Of a DNA stretch of 64,000 nucleotides, positions 47,812 through 57,337 are shown piece by piece (within the stretch, counting starts at the first letter, position 1; each line of letters opens with the position of its first letter). A program made the translations under genes and the position numbers. The DNA comes from Flavobacteriaceae bacterium (GTDB lineage Bacteria > Bacteroidota > Bacteroidia > Flavobacteriales > Flavobacteriaceae). The stretch covers positions 6,814 through 70,813 of the forward strand of contig JBNKYB010000041.1 of assembly GCA_050300615.1 (NCBI GenBank), given 5' to 3'. Under the pieces are notes generated by a model, which did no database searches, had not been told where the DNA came from, and was given only the letters and a program-made list of their open reading frames with translations.

Positions 47812-48360
47812 ATGAAATCAATTAAGAATTTAAAAAAAATAATAGATATTTTATCTTTTACATTAATTGGACTTGCAATTTCTCTATTCTTGTTTATGGT
47901 AGTTCTCTATTTTTTTGGTGATTCATTCCTTCCATCTGATTATTCAATGGTAATAGAAATGACATTCCGTTCAATTTTTAGCTGGAAAATGATTATTGTC
48001 CCCTTAGTATTAGTTATTAATTTTGTGTTATTTATAATTGCTATCTTTTCTTTAAGAAAAAGTAGTTCATTATTTATACAAGCTGATTTTTATAATAAAG
48101 AAGTAATAAAAAATCTTAAAAAAGCAGGAAATATTTTTATTTTCATAGGGATTTCTACTATTATAATTACACTATACAGTGAAAGCATGCTTCTTATGTA
48201 TCAAAAAAAGAATGACTTTGTGTCTTTTTTAGCTGTATTAATTCATGCATTCGATTTTAAATATATTTTTTCTATTACTATAGGCTTATTTTTACTGTTA
48301 TTTAGTAAAATATTCGACAATTCTAGGGTGTTAAAACAAGAAAACGACCTAACTATTTAA
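47812..48360 (+). CDS. DUF2975-like polytopic membrane protein, paralog 3
   Basis: 182 aa, polytopic. C-terminal LKQENDLTI. Starts 2 nt after the previous stop. Confidence 0.65.
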   Translation: MKSIKNLKKIIDILSFTLIGLAISLFLFMVVLYFFGDSFLPSDYSMVIEMTFRSIFSWKMIIVPLVLVINFVLFIIAIFSLRKSSSLFIQADFYNKEVIKNLKKAGNIFIFIGISTIIITLYSESMLLMYQKKNDFVSFLAVLIHAFDFKYIFSITIGLFLLLFSKIFDNSRVLKQENDLTI

Positions 48361-48363
48361 GCC

Positions 48364-48570
48364 ATGCCAATAATAGTAAATCTAGATGTGATGCTTGAAA
48401 AGCGAAACATGAAAAGCAATGAGTTGGCAGATATAATAGGTATTACTACGGCTAACCTTTCCATTTTAAAAACAGGCAAAGCAAAAGCCATTCGCTTTTC
48501 AACTTTAGAGGCTATTTGCAAGGCGTTAGACTGTCAGCCTAGTGATATTTTAGAGTATGTTGAGGATTAG
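48364..48570 (+). CDS. YozG-like XRE-family HTH transcriptional regulator
   Basis: 68 aa. MPIIVNLDVMLEKRNMKSNELADIIGITTANLSILKTGKAKAIRFSTLEAICKALDCQPSDILEY is the classic short Cro/C1 HTH found next to DUF2975 genes. Confidence 0.85.
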   Translation: MPIIVNLDVMLEKRNMKSNELADIIGITTANLSILKTGKAKAIRFSTLEAICKALDCQPSDILEYVED

Positions 48571-48628
48571 TTTATTCTTTTTACTCTAAAAAATGTACTT
48601 TTGGAATATTCTAAATATTCTAGCTATT

Positions 48629-49042
48629 ATGAAAACGACCTTTTTTATGTTCCTGTTTTTTATTGTAAGTATGAGCTTTGCTCAAAACAATATCATTGTA
48701 AAAACTGAAGATGGTAGACGTGTGCTGTTGAAAGCCGATTATACTTGGGAGTATATTGATATGGAAAAACCAGTTGCCGATAATAGATGTAATCTGTCAA
48801 AGGATTTTGTTGAACCCGAATTGAACAATAAAATTCAATCGCAATTAAAAAGAGGGCATGCCACTATTGATGATGTAAAACAAAAAGTGGCGAAAGATTA
48901 TAATTGCGAAATCTCAGATGTTATACTTATGTCGTTTAAAGAACAAAAAGTAAAAGCCGTATACCATTTTTGTGCTAACGGTACAAAAGTAACTTATAAA
49001 CGAACAGGCAATGCTATTATTAAAAGCCCAAAGCTTTTTTAA
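48629..49042 (+). CDS. secreted hypothetical protein
   Basis: Start taken at MKTTFFMFLFFIVSMSFAQ (signal peptide). Four Cys residues. No family assigned with confidence. Confidence 0.5.
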   Translation: MKTTFFMFLFFIVSMSFAQNNIIVKTEDGRRVLLKADYTWEYIDMEKPVADNRCNLSKDFVEPELNNKIQSQLKRGHATIDDVKQKVAKDYNCEISDVILMSFKEQKVKAVYHFCANGTKVTYKRTGNAIIKSPKLF

Positions 49043-49095
49043 ATTGATAGTGTTAAAAAGCTAATTTTTTTTAAGGTTCTTGTATCTTTACCTGT

Positions 49096-50355
49096 ATGTA
49101 TGCCCTAGTAGATTGCAACAACTTTTACACCTCTTGCGAACGGGTTTTTAATCCCAGTTTACGCAATAAGCCTATTGCTATTTTAAGCAATAACGATGGC
49201 TGTGTAATTTCGCGAAGCGATGAAGCTAAAGTAATTGGTTTACCCATGGGAGCACCTATTTTTAAATGGGAAGGATTCTGTAAGGTTAATAAAATAGAGC
49301 TGTTTTCATCAAACTATCCTTTGTATGGTGATATGAGTAATCGGGTGATGGGAATTTTAGAACAATTTACACCAGATGTTGAAGTATATAGTATAGACGA
49401 AGCTTTTTTAGAGTTTAAAGGGTTTGAGAATTATAAATTTGATGATTACGGAAATCAAATGCGGCAACGTATTTTAAAATGGACAGGCATTCCAACTAGC
49501 GTTGGGATAGCACCTACAAAGGCCTTAAGCAAAGTGGCCAATAAAATTGCCAGAAAATTTCCAGAACAAACAAAAGGGGTTTATGTAATTGACTCAGAAG
49601 AGAAACGGATAAAAGCGTTAAAATGGATTAAAATTGAAGATGTTTGGGGGATTGGACGAGGTTTGCAAAAACGACTAAAAGCGAAAAATTGTAAAACAGC
49701 ATTCGATTTTGTACAACTTCCTGATACGTGGGTTTTGAAAAATTTTTCCATTACCGAGTGGAAATTGAAAAAAGATCTAGAAGGTATTCCCACGTTAAAA
49801 CTGGATGAGGTTAAGAATAAACATGCTATTGCCACCACGCGAAGTTTTGAATACACGTTTTCAGATATAGATAATATTAAAGAACGTATTTCAACCTTTG
49901 CCACAAGTTGTGCCGAAAAACTCAGAAAACAACAATCAAGCTGTCACATGATTGTTGTTATATTAAGTAGCGATAGGCATAAAAAAGAGTTGGAACAACA
50001 TAAAGCAAGTACTATGGTGAGTTTACCGTATCCTACTAATTCATCATTAATTATAAGTAATTGTGCTGTAAAAGCAGTAACTTCCATTTTTAAATCTGGT
50101 ATAAAGTACAAGCGGGCAGGCGTTATTGTAACGGGTATTGTGCCAACAAACAATCATCAACTAGATTTGTTTCAGCATGAAAATCCTAAGCATCAACCAT
50201 TAATGCACGCCATTGATAGTATGAATAAAAAGTACAGAGATTATAAAATAAAATTAGGTAATCAAGATTTAAAACGTACTTGGAAAATGCGTCAAGAACG
50301 ATTATCACCAAGATATACCACAGATATTAACGATATTATTACAGTAAAATGCTAG
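49096..50355 (+). CDS. umuC: Y-family translesion DNA polymerase UmuC
   Basis: 419 aa. MYALVDCNNFYTSCERVFNP, SIDEAFL, and HhH region VWGIGRG. Confidence 0.9.
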   Translation: MYALVDCNNFYTSCERVFNPSLRNKPIAILSNNDGCVISRSDEAKVIGLPMGAPIFKWEGFCKVNKIELFSSNYPLYGDMSNRVMGILEQFTPDVEVYSIDEAFLEFKGFENYKFDDYGNQMRQRILKWTGIPTSVGIAPTKALSKVANKIARKFPEQTKGVYVIDSEEKRIKALKWIKIEDVWGIGRGLQKRLKAKNCKTAFDFVQLPDTWVLKNFSITEWKLKKDLEGIPTLKLDEVKNKHAIATTRSFEYTFSDIDNIKERISTFATSCAEKLRKQQSSCHMIVVILSSDRHKKELEQHKASTMVSLPYPTNSSLIISNCAVKAVTSIFKSGIKYKRAGVIVTGIVPTNNHQLDLFQHENPKHQPLMHAIDSMNKKYRDYKIKLGNQDLKRTWKMRQERLSPRYTTDINDIITVKC

Positions 50356-50789
50356 TAAAAAACACTCAAAGCTTAACATTTTTTGTTCCAGAGTTCTCTA
50401 AAGGTTTAGAGATGCCTTATTTTAATACAGGCATATCAGCTGGTTTTCCGTCGCCTGCCGAAGATTTTAACCAAGAACGGTTGTCGTTAGATAGTATGCT
50501 TGTTAAGAATAAACTATCTACATTTTATGCACGCGTTAGCGGACAATCTATGATTGGAGCAGGATTAGATGATGATGATTTATTGGTTATCGATAGAAGT
50601 TTAGAGCCTGCAAATAATAAAATAGCCGTTTGCTTTTTGGATGGCGAATTTACCGTAAAACGCTTAAGAGTTGATAAAGACGAGGTTTGGTTACAGCCAG
50701 AAAACCCAAATTATCCCATTATAAAAATAACAAGTGATAACGATTTTGTTATTTGGGGTATTGTAACTAATGTTATAAAGAGAGTGTGA
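50349..50789 (+). CDS. umuD: UmuD-like S24 (LexA-type) self-cleaving peptidase
   Basis: 146 aa. Ser nucleophile in SGQSM and Lys in FTVKRL. Overlaps the umuC stop by 7 nt. Confidence 0.85.
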   Translation: MLVKNTQSLTFFVPEFSKGLEMPYFNTGISAGFPSPAEDFNQERLSLDSMLVKNKLSTFYARVSGQSMIGAGLDDDDLLVIDRSLEPANNKIAVCFLDGEFTVKRLRVDKDEVWLQPENPNYPIIKITSDNDFVIWGIVTNVIKRV

Positions 50790-51021
50790 TTTTTATAATT
50801 AAAAAGTGTTGGTTATTAAAAACAGAAAACACATAAAAATAAGCGTATAGCATTTTTTATTTAAGCAAATAAATTAGAAAATCTTCAATATCTAAGAAAG
50901 ATAACCATACCAAATTACTAACACACTTCTAGATTAGTTGTTTGTCGAAATAGCACCATCTTTAATGCTTTTTTTTATTAATATTAGCTTATAGATTCAA
51001 AAAAAAGCAACTAAAGTTACT

Positions 51022-53127
51022 ATGAGAAAGTATCCCATTATATTGTTGTGCTTTGTTAGTGTTATTTTAATAAAGGGCTGTAAAACCAATGTTAATATTA
51101 AACCACCAGTAGCATTTGGTCCTGTCCCGAATGCGCAACAGTTGCATTGGCAAGATGTTGAATTTTATGCATTTATTCATTTCACTATCAATACATTTAC
51201 AGATAAGGAGTGGGGTTTTGGAGACGAGTCGCCAAAGCTTTTTAATCCATCTCATTTTGATGCAAAACAAATTGTATCAACAGTAAAAAATGCAGGAATG
51301 AAGGGCTTAATATTGACAGCCAAACATCATGATGGGTTTTGTTTATGGCCAACTAAAACAACCGAGCATAATATAAGTAAATCACCTTATAAAAACGGAA
51401 AAGGAGATATTGTTAAAGAAATTTTTGATGAATGCCGTAAACAAGGTTTAAAAGTAGGTGTTTATTTATCGCCTTGGGATAGAAACAATAAAGCTTATGG
51501 TACTCCAGAATACATTACAATTTTTAGAGCACAATTAAGAGAACTTTTAACAAATTATGGTGAAATATTTGAGGTTTGGTTTGATGGAGCTAATGGCGGT
51601 ACTGGTTATTATGGTGGTGCTAATGAAGAACGGAAAGTAGATCTTTCAACATATTATGATTGGAAAAATACATGGAAAATGATTAGGGAATTACAGCCTA
51701 AAGCAGCTATATTTTCAGATGTGGGCCCCGATGTACGTTGGATAGGGACAGAAGAAGGGTTTTCTGGAGACCCTTGTTGGAATAGGTTTACTCCAAAGGG
51801 AAGAGAAGAGGGGCAGATGCCTGCTGGTGGTCAAACAAAATATTGGGAGTCTATTAATGGGCATCGCGACGGAAAATATTGGATGCCCGCCGAAACGAAT
51901 ACGTCTATTAGACCAGGATGGTTTTATCATAAAAGCGAAGACGATAAAGTAAAGACTCCAGAAAGATTAGTAAAACTATATTATGAAAGTATAGGGCATG
52001 GTACGTCGCTAATTTTAAATCTCCCACCAGACAGAAGAGGCGTTATTAATGAAAATGATGTAAAGTCTCTTACCGAGTTTAAGAAAATAATTGATAAAAC
52101 TTTTTCTATTGATTATGCGCAGAATTCAAAAGTAACAGCTAGTAATATAAGAGGTAATTTAAAAAAATACTCACCAAAAAATGTACTAGATACTAATGAT
52201 GACACCTATTGGGCAACAAATAATGACGTAAAAACAGCAAATTTGGTTATTGAGTTTCCAAAAGAGACCTCATTTAATGTGGTAAACATTAAAGAGTATA
52301 TTCCTCTTGGACAGCGTGTTTGGGGTTGGGCGTTAGATCGATGGGAAAATAATCAATGGGTTGAGTTTGCAAAAGGAGAGTCAATAGGTCATCGTAGGTT
52401 GTGGCGAGGTTCATTACAAGTTACCAACAAGTTGAGGTTTCGTATTACCGAGGCAGGTGCTTGCCCACTCATATCAAAAATATCTGTACATCAAGAACCA
52501 GTACGTTTATCAATACCAGTAATATCAAGAAATATAAACGGAGATGTAACCATTAAAAGTACAGGGACTATTCATTACACTATTAATGGTGATGAGCCCA
52601 CAGAAAAATCACCAATATTTAATACGCCATTTGCCTTAGTTAGTGGCGGTACTGTAAAAGCAAAAGCATTTTTTAAAGGTAAGTCAAGTGGAATTGCCAC
52701 AGCCTATTTCGCTTATTCAAAAAGAAATTGGAAAGTTGTTTCTGTTGGTTCTGAAGCCGAAAACTTTACTGGTAAAAATGCTATTGATGAGAATGAAAAA
52801 ACATATTGGAAATCATCTAAAGGAGAGCATGATAATATAGTGATTGATATGGGAGAAACACTACCTATAAAATCATTTATAATGCTTCCACGTACAGATG
52901 GTAGTAAAGAGGGGTTAGTCACTCATTACGAGTTTTATGTGAGTAATGATAATAGCAAATGGGTACTTGCTGCAAAAGGAGAATTTTCAAATATTTATAA
53001 TAATCCTATCCAACAGATAATTAATTTTGAAAAGAACTACAATGCTAGGTATATAAAATTTATTGCTAAGCAAGTTGTAAATAATGGTAATGCAGTTATT
53101 AGTGAATTAGGAGTAGGGATAGATTGA
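51022..53127 (+). CDS. GH29 alpha-L-fucosidase with two C-terminal F5/8 type C (discoidin) domains
   Basis: 701 aa. Lipoprotein-like signal (LIKGC), GH29 core (AKHHDGFCLWPT, YLSPWD, EVWFDGANGG), and two NPL/discoidin-like segments (YWAT..., YWKSS...). Confidence 0.9.
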   Translation: MRKYPIILLCFVSVILIKGCKTNVNIKPPVAFGPVPNAQQLHWQDVEFYAFIHFTINTFTDKEWGFGDESPKLFNPSHFDAKQIVSTVKNAGMKGLILTAKHHDGFCLWPTKTTEHNISKSPYKNGKGDIVKEIFDECRKQGLKVGVYLSPWDRNNKAYGTPEYITIFRAQLRELLTNYGEIFEVWFDGANGGTGYYGGANEERKVDLSTYYDWKNTWKMIRELQPKAAIFSDVGPDVRWIGTEEGFSGDPCWNRFTPKGREEGQMPAGGQTKYWESINGHRDGKYWMPAETNTSIRPGWFYHKSEDDKVKTPERLVKLYYESIGHGTSLILNLPPDRRGVINENDVKSLTEFKKIIDKTFSIDYAQNSKVTASNIRGNLKKYSPKNVLDTNDDTYWATNNDVKTANLVIEFPKETSFNVVNIKEYIPLGQRVWGWALDRWENNQWVEFAKGESIGHRRLWRGSLQVTNKLRFRITEAGACPLISKISVHQEPVRLSIPVISRNINGDVTIKSTGTIHYTINGDEPTEKSPIFNTPFALVSGGTVKAKAFFKGKSSGIATAYFAYSKRNWKVVSVGSEAENFTGKNAIDENEKTYWKSSKGEHDNIVIDMGETLPIKSFIMLPRTDGSKEGLVTHYEFYVSNDNSKWVLAAKGEFSNIYNNPIQQIINFEKNYNARYIKFIAKQVVNNGNAVISELGVGID

Positions 53128-53323
53128 TGTTGTTCAATAATACAATGTTGGCACTACGATAACCCAAAACGCGTCTTCATAAAAAACTAAATATTTTAAT
53201 TCTTCAATAAACTTGTCAGTAAAACCTTTGCCGATGTACATTTGTTATTAGTCGAAATTTTTAATTTAAATAATTGCTTATTGGTAGTTTTATTTTATTA
53301 ACTAAATCATCAACTACCAACAA

Positions 53324-55261
53324 ATGATTACAGAAGATATCAACGTTAAGGAAAAAGAAGGGATAAGTTATAAAGAGGCGGGTAAATTTGAAGATACACG
53401 TTTTGAAAAAATTCATAATGTTATTTTTAATTCTTCCTTAGAAGCCTCTATATTGGTAGCACAAGAAATTGCTAATTTAATTCAAAGAAAAGAAGAATTA
53501 AATGAGCCTTGTGTGTTGGGTTTAGCAACAGGATCTTCACCTATAAAGGTGTACGAAGAACTTGTTAGAATGCATAAAGAAGAGGGTTTAAGTTTTAAAA
53601 ACGTAGTAACTTTTAATTTAGATGAGTATTATCCTATGGATAAAGATAATATTCAAAGTTATTTTTACTTTATGCATGATCATCTTTTTAATCATGTAGA
53701 TATCCTTCCAGAGAATGTAAATATTCCAGACGGAAAAGTAAGCCCAGAAGAACTTCGCCAGTATTGTATAGATTATGAAATGAAAATAAAATCCTATGGA
53801 GGATTGGATTTTCAATTATTAGGTATTGGCAGAACAGGTCATATTGGCTTTAATGAGCCAGGGTCCCATATTAATTCGGGAACAAGAAGTATTACTTTAG
53901 ACCATATTACCCGTGTTGATGCTGCCCCAACTTTTTTAGGAATAGATAATGTTCCTAGAAAAGCCATTACAATGGGAATTGGTACTGTAAGAAGTGCCAA
54001 ACGAATAGTATTACTTGGTTGGGGAATTAGTAAGGCAGAAATACTAAAAAAAACTATTGAAGGTGAAATTACCTCTCAAGTACCGGCTACCTATTTACAG
54101 GAACACAACAACACCACTTTTGTTTTAGATAGTGATGCATCTTCACAATTAACAAGAGTAAAGACCCCTTGGTTGGTTAAATCTTGTGTGTGGACTGATG
54201 AATTAAAACTTAAAGCGGTTGTTTGGTTGAGTGAATTAACCGGAAAACCATTTTTAAAGTTAACAGATAAAGATTATAATGATAATGGTATGGCAGGTCT
54301 TTTAACCGAAGAAGGTACCGCTTACCACTTAAACATTAAAATGTTTAATAAATTACAGCATACCATAACGGGCTGGCCCGGAGGAAAACCAGATGCTGAC
54401 GACACTTATAGGCCAGAGCGCTCAACACCTGCAAAAAAGAGGGTTATTATTTTTAGTCCGCACCCAGATGATGATGTTATTTCAATGGGCGGTACTTTCG
54501 ACAGACTTGTAGAGCAAGGCCATGACGTACATGTAGCATATCAAACTTCGGGAAATATAGCAGTGTCTAATGAAGAAGCTTTAAAATTTGCTGAAGTTTC
54601 TATGGCACTAAATTCTAAGTCATCAGAATCAGAAGGAATTATAAACTTTTTAAAGAATAAATCTGATAATGATATTGATTCTGTAGAAGTTAGAAAACTT
54701 AAAGGCATTATTAGAAGAAGCGAGTCTTTGGCAGCTACTAGATATTTGGGCGTTCCAGATGAAAATGTTCACTTTTTAGATCTTCCTTTTTATGAAACAG
54801 GAACTGTAAAAAAGGCAAACCTATCTGAAGAAGATATAGATATTATGTGTAATCTTATTGAAGAGGTAAAACCACATCAAATTTATGCGGCAGGAGATTT
54901 AGCTGACCCACACGGAACACATAAAGTGTGTTTGGATAGTTTGTTTGAATCATTAAAGAGATTAAAGGATAAGCCTTTTATGGCCGATTGTTGGGTTTGG
55001 TTATATCGTGGCGCATGGCATGAATGGGAACCTTATCAAATTGAAATGGCTGTACCTATGAGTCCAGATCAAGTGCTTAAAAAACGTCATGCTATTTTTT
55101 ATCATCAATCTCAAAAAGATGGTGTGATGTTTCAAGGAGACGATTCTAGAGAGTTTTGGGTAAGAGCCGAGGATAGAAATAGAGAAACCGCAAAAAAATA
55201 TAATGATTTAGGGTTAGCAGACTATGCTGCCATTGAAGCCTTTAAGCGGCATTACTTTTAA
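53324..55261 (+). CDS. nagB: long-form glucosamine-6-phosphate deaminase (NagB domain fused to a LmbE/PIG-L-like domain)
   Basis: 645 aa. GLATGSSP and LLGIGRTGHIGFNEPGS (NagB). C-terminal SPHPDDDVISMGG (PIG-L family motif). Confidence 0.9.
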   Translation: MITEDINVKEKEGISYKEAGKFEDTRFEKIHNVIFNSSLEASILVAQEIANLIQRKEELNEPCVLGLATGSSPIKVYEELVRMHKEEGLSFKNVVTFNLDEYYPMDKDNIQSYFYFMHDHLFNHVDILPENVNIPDGKVSPEELRQYCIDYEMKIKSYGGLDFQLLGIGRTGHIGFNEPGSHINSGTRSITLDHITRVDAAPTFLGIDNVPRKAITMGIGTVRSAKRIVLLGWGISKAEILKKTIEGEITSQVPATYLQEHNNTTFVLDSDASSQLTRVKTPWLVKSCVWTDELKLKAVVWLSELTGKPFLKLTDKDYNDNGMAGLLTEEGTAYHLNIKMFNKLQHTITGWPGGKPDADDTYRPERSTPAKKRVIIFSPHPDDDVISMGGTFDRLVEQGHDVHVAYQTSGNIAVSNEEALKFAEVSMALNSKSSESEGIINFLKNKSDNDIDSVEVRKLKGIIRRSESLAATRYLGVPDENVHFLDLPFYETGTVKKANLSEEDIDIMCNLIEEVKPHQIYAAGDLADPHGTHKVCLDSLFESLKRLKDKPFMADCWVWLYRGAWHEWEPYQIEMAVPMSPDQVLKKRHAIFYHQSQKDGVMFQGDDSREFWVRAEDRNRETAKKYNDLGLADYAAIEAFKRHYF

Positions 55262-55320
55262 GTAAAAATATTGATTAGTAGTAGTATTAAATTGTTGAGT
55301 TTAGTTGTTTTTTAGTTATT

Positions 55321-55360
55321 GATGGTTATCACTTTGAATAGATGATAACCATCTTTTTTT
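55321..55360. terminator. intrinsic terminator between the convergent nagB and response-regulator genes
   Basis: GATGGTTATCA-ctttgaataga-TGATAACCATC followed by TTTTTTT. Confidence 0.7.
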
Positions 55361-55369
55361 AAAGAAGCT

Positions 55370-56083
55370 TTAAATAGAGGAATTTAAAATTTTCTGTTTT
55401 ACATCTTCTAAATAAGACCTACCAATTACATATCTTAAGCCTTCAATTTCAACACTATTTCCTTCAATAGCATCAATTTTATCAATTGCTATAGTGTAAG
55501 ATCTGTGGATGCGTAAAAAATCTCTAGCGGGTAATAAACTTGTAAAATCGGTTAAGGTGCTGTGTACAATATATCTACCTGTTAAGGTGTTTATTTTTAA
55601 GTAATCTTTCAAACTTTCAATTACTAAAATTTCATCAAGAAAAATTTTCTTCATTTTCTTTTTATCAATTTTCACAAAGATAAAAAGACGTTCTTTCGCA
55701 TTTTCTACAGGTGTTTTTTGGGTTATTTCTAATCTTCTTTCAACTTTATTGAGCGCTTTCATAAATCTAGGAAACTCAATAGGTTTAACTAAGTAATCTA
55801 AAACATCTAATTCATACGTTTCTATAGCAAATTCATCATAGGCACTTGTAATTATTAGTAATGGAGGGTCTTCTAAACTTTTAATAAAATTTATACCATC
55901 TAATACAGGCATATTGATATCTAAAAAAATAACGTCAACGGTGTTGTTTTTTAAATAGTTTAAGCCATCAACGGCGTTGCTAAAAGAGTTTGTTAGTTCA
56001 AAATTTTCAATTTGATCTAAATAATTTTTAATAACCTTAATAGCTAATGGCTCATCGTCAATAATCAAACAACTTATATTCAT
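55370..56083 (-). CDS. LytTR-family response regulator
   Basis: 237 aa. REC (LIIDDEPLA...DVIFLDINMP) plus a LytTR DNA-binding domain (FLRIHRSY). Confidence 0.9.
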   Translation of the reverse strand: MNISCLIIDDEPLAIKVIKNYLDQIENFELTNSFSNAVDGLNYLKNNTVDVIFLDINMPVLDGINFIKSLEDPPLLIITSAYDEFAIETYELDVLDYLVKPIEFPRFMKALNKVERRLEITQKTPVENAKERLFIFVKIDKKKMKKIFLDEILVIESLKDYLKINTLTGRYIVHSTLTDFTSLLPARDFLRIHRSYTIAIDKIDAIEGNSVEIEGLRYVIGRSYLEDVKQKILNSSI

Positions 56084-56150
56084 TTTTTTTGCTATTTATT
56101 AATTAAAAGAAATTATGTTGAGCATTAATTTTATGGCACTTATGTTTAAT

Positions 56151-57212
56151 CTAACCTACTTTAATTTTAAGCTTCACAATAAATTTATTTTTTCTGCTAT
56201 TAATGACTAGTTTGTAATCATTTTTATCGTAGCCTAAAGCAAGTCTTTTTTTAACATTTTCTAATCCAATACCGCTAGATTGCTTTAAATTATCTTTATG
56301 GTTGGTAATTAAAGGCATTGGATTTGTAATGGTAAAATAAAGGAAATTTTCTTTAATTTTAAAGTTAATATCTATTTTCACTTTACCTATATTTTTGTTT
56401 GCACCGTGTTTAAAGGCATTTTCAACAAATGTTAACAGTAAAATAGGAGCAATCTCTTTATCTTGTATGTCACCTGAAATGTACATGTTTACTTCAAGCG
56501 AATCATCATACCTAACACGTTCTAAATCTAAATAATTTTGAATGCATAGTATTTCATTTTGTAAACTTTGTCGCTTTGATTTGGTGTCATAAAGCATATA
56601 ACGCATTAACTCAGATAGCTTTAAGATTATTTTAGGTGTCTTATTAGATTTTATTACAGATAATGAATAAATATTATTAAGTGTATTAAAGAAAAAATGG
56701 GGTGAGATCTGGTTTTTTAAAAATTGTAACTCGGTTTCCAATTGTGTTTTTTCTAAATCGGCTACCCGTTTATGTTCTTTTAAAAAATCCAAGGTTAATT
56801 TAATAGAGGCTACAAACCCTACAACATAAAGTTCACCAATCATCATATCTATGGCATAATTGAGTGACAATCTACTGATGTGTTCCGGTCCCTCTGGCCA
56901 AACTTTGTCAGGGCCGAATAACAGATAGGTTAAATTAAATTTTACCATAACCATAATAAATATGGTTGATAAAATTGAAATGACATATAAAACATATTTT
57001 TTTCTGTATACCAAAAAAGGCATAAAGACAAGAATGTTTAAGTAACAGGACACCATATGTATGGGAAATCCAAGCAAATTAGACTTGAATGAATATAAGT
57101 AATCATTAAAATAACTTCCCCAACGAAACGTGTTAAACATGAAATATACAATCCAAAATATGACGTGATATTTCCACGATATTCGGTAGAATTTGTTATC
57201 ATCATAGTTCAT
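56151..57212 (-). CDS. LytS/YehU-type sensor histidine kinase
   Basis: 353 aa. N-terminal TM helices, His_kinase motif QISPHFFFNTLNNI, HATPase region (ENAFKHG...GIGLENV). Confidence 0.85.
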   Translation of the reverse strand: MNYDDNKFYRISWKYHVIFWIVYFMFNTFRWGSYFNDYLYSFKSNLLGFPIHMVSCYLNILVFMPFLVYRKKYVLYVISILSTIFIMVMVKFNLTYLLFGPDKVWPEGPEHISRLSLNYAIDMMIGELYVVGFVASIKLTLDFLKEHKRVADLEKTQLETELQFLKNQISPHFFFNTLNNIYSLSVIKSNKTPKIILKLSELMRYMLYDTKSKRQSLQNEILCIQNYLDLERVRYDDSLEVNMYISGDIQDKEIAPILLLTFVENAFKHGANKNIGKVKIDINFKIKENFLYFTITNPMPLITNHKDNLKQSSGIGLENVKKRLALGYDKNDYKLVINSRKNKFIVKLKIKVG

Positions 57213-57337
57213 AGCTCAACAAACATTTTAACTTTAGTTTTTTTGGTGTTTAGGGCTTTTAATATGTTATCCGTCTAAATTACTTTTATTTGAAGTAAAA
57301 TTAATGAAAATTTAAAGTTAAATTACGATGTTACTAT

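Noticed and set aside
53134-53241. 35-aa minus-strand ORF (MYIGKGFTDKFIEELKYLVFYEDAFWVIVVPTLYY) that faintly resembles a GNAT-like fragment
   Set aside because: It is too short and the similarity is too weak to call a gene or a remnant. There is no promoter or terminator support.
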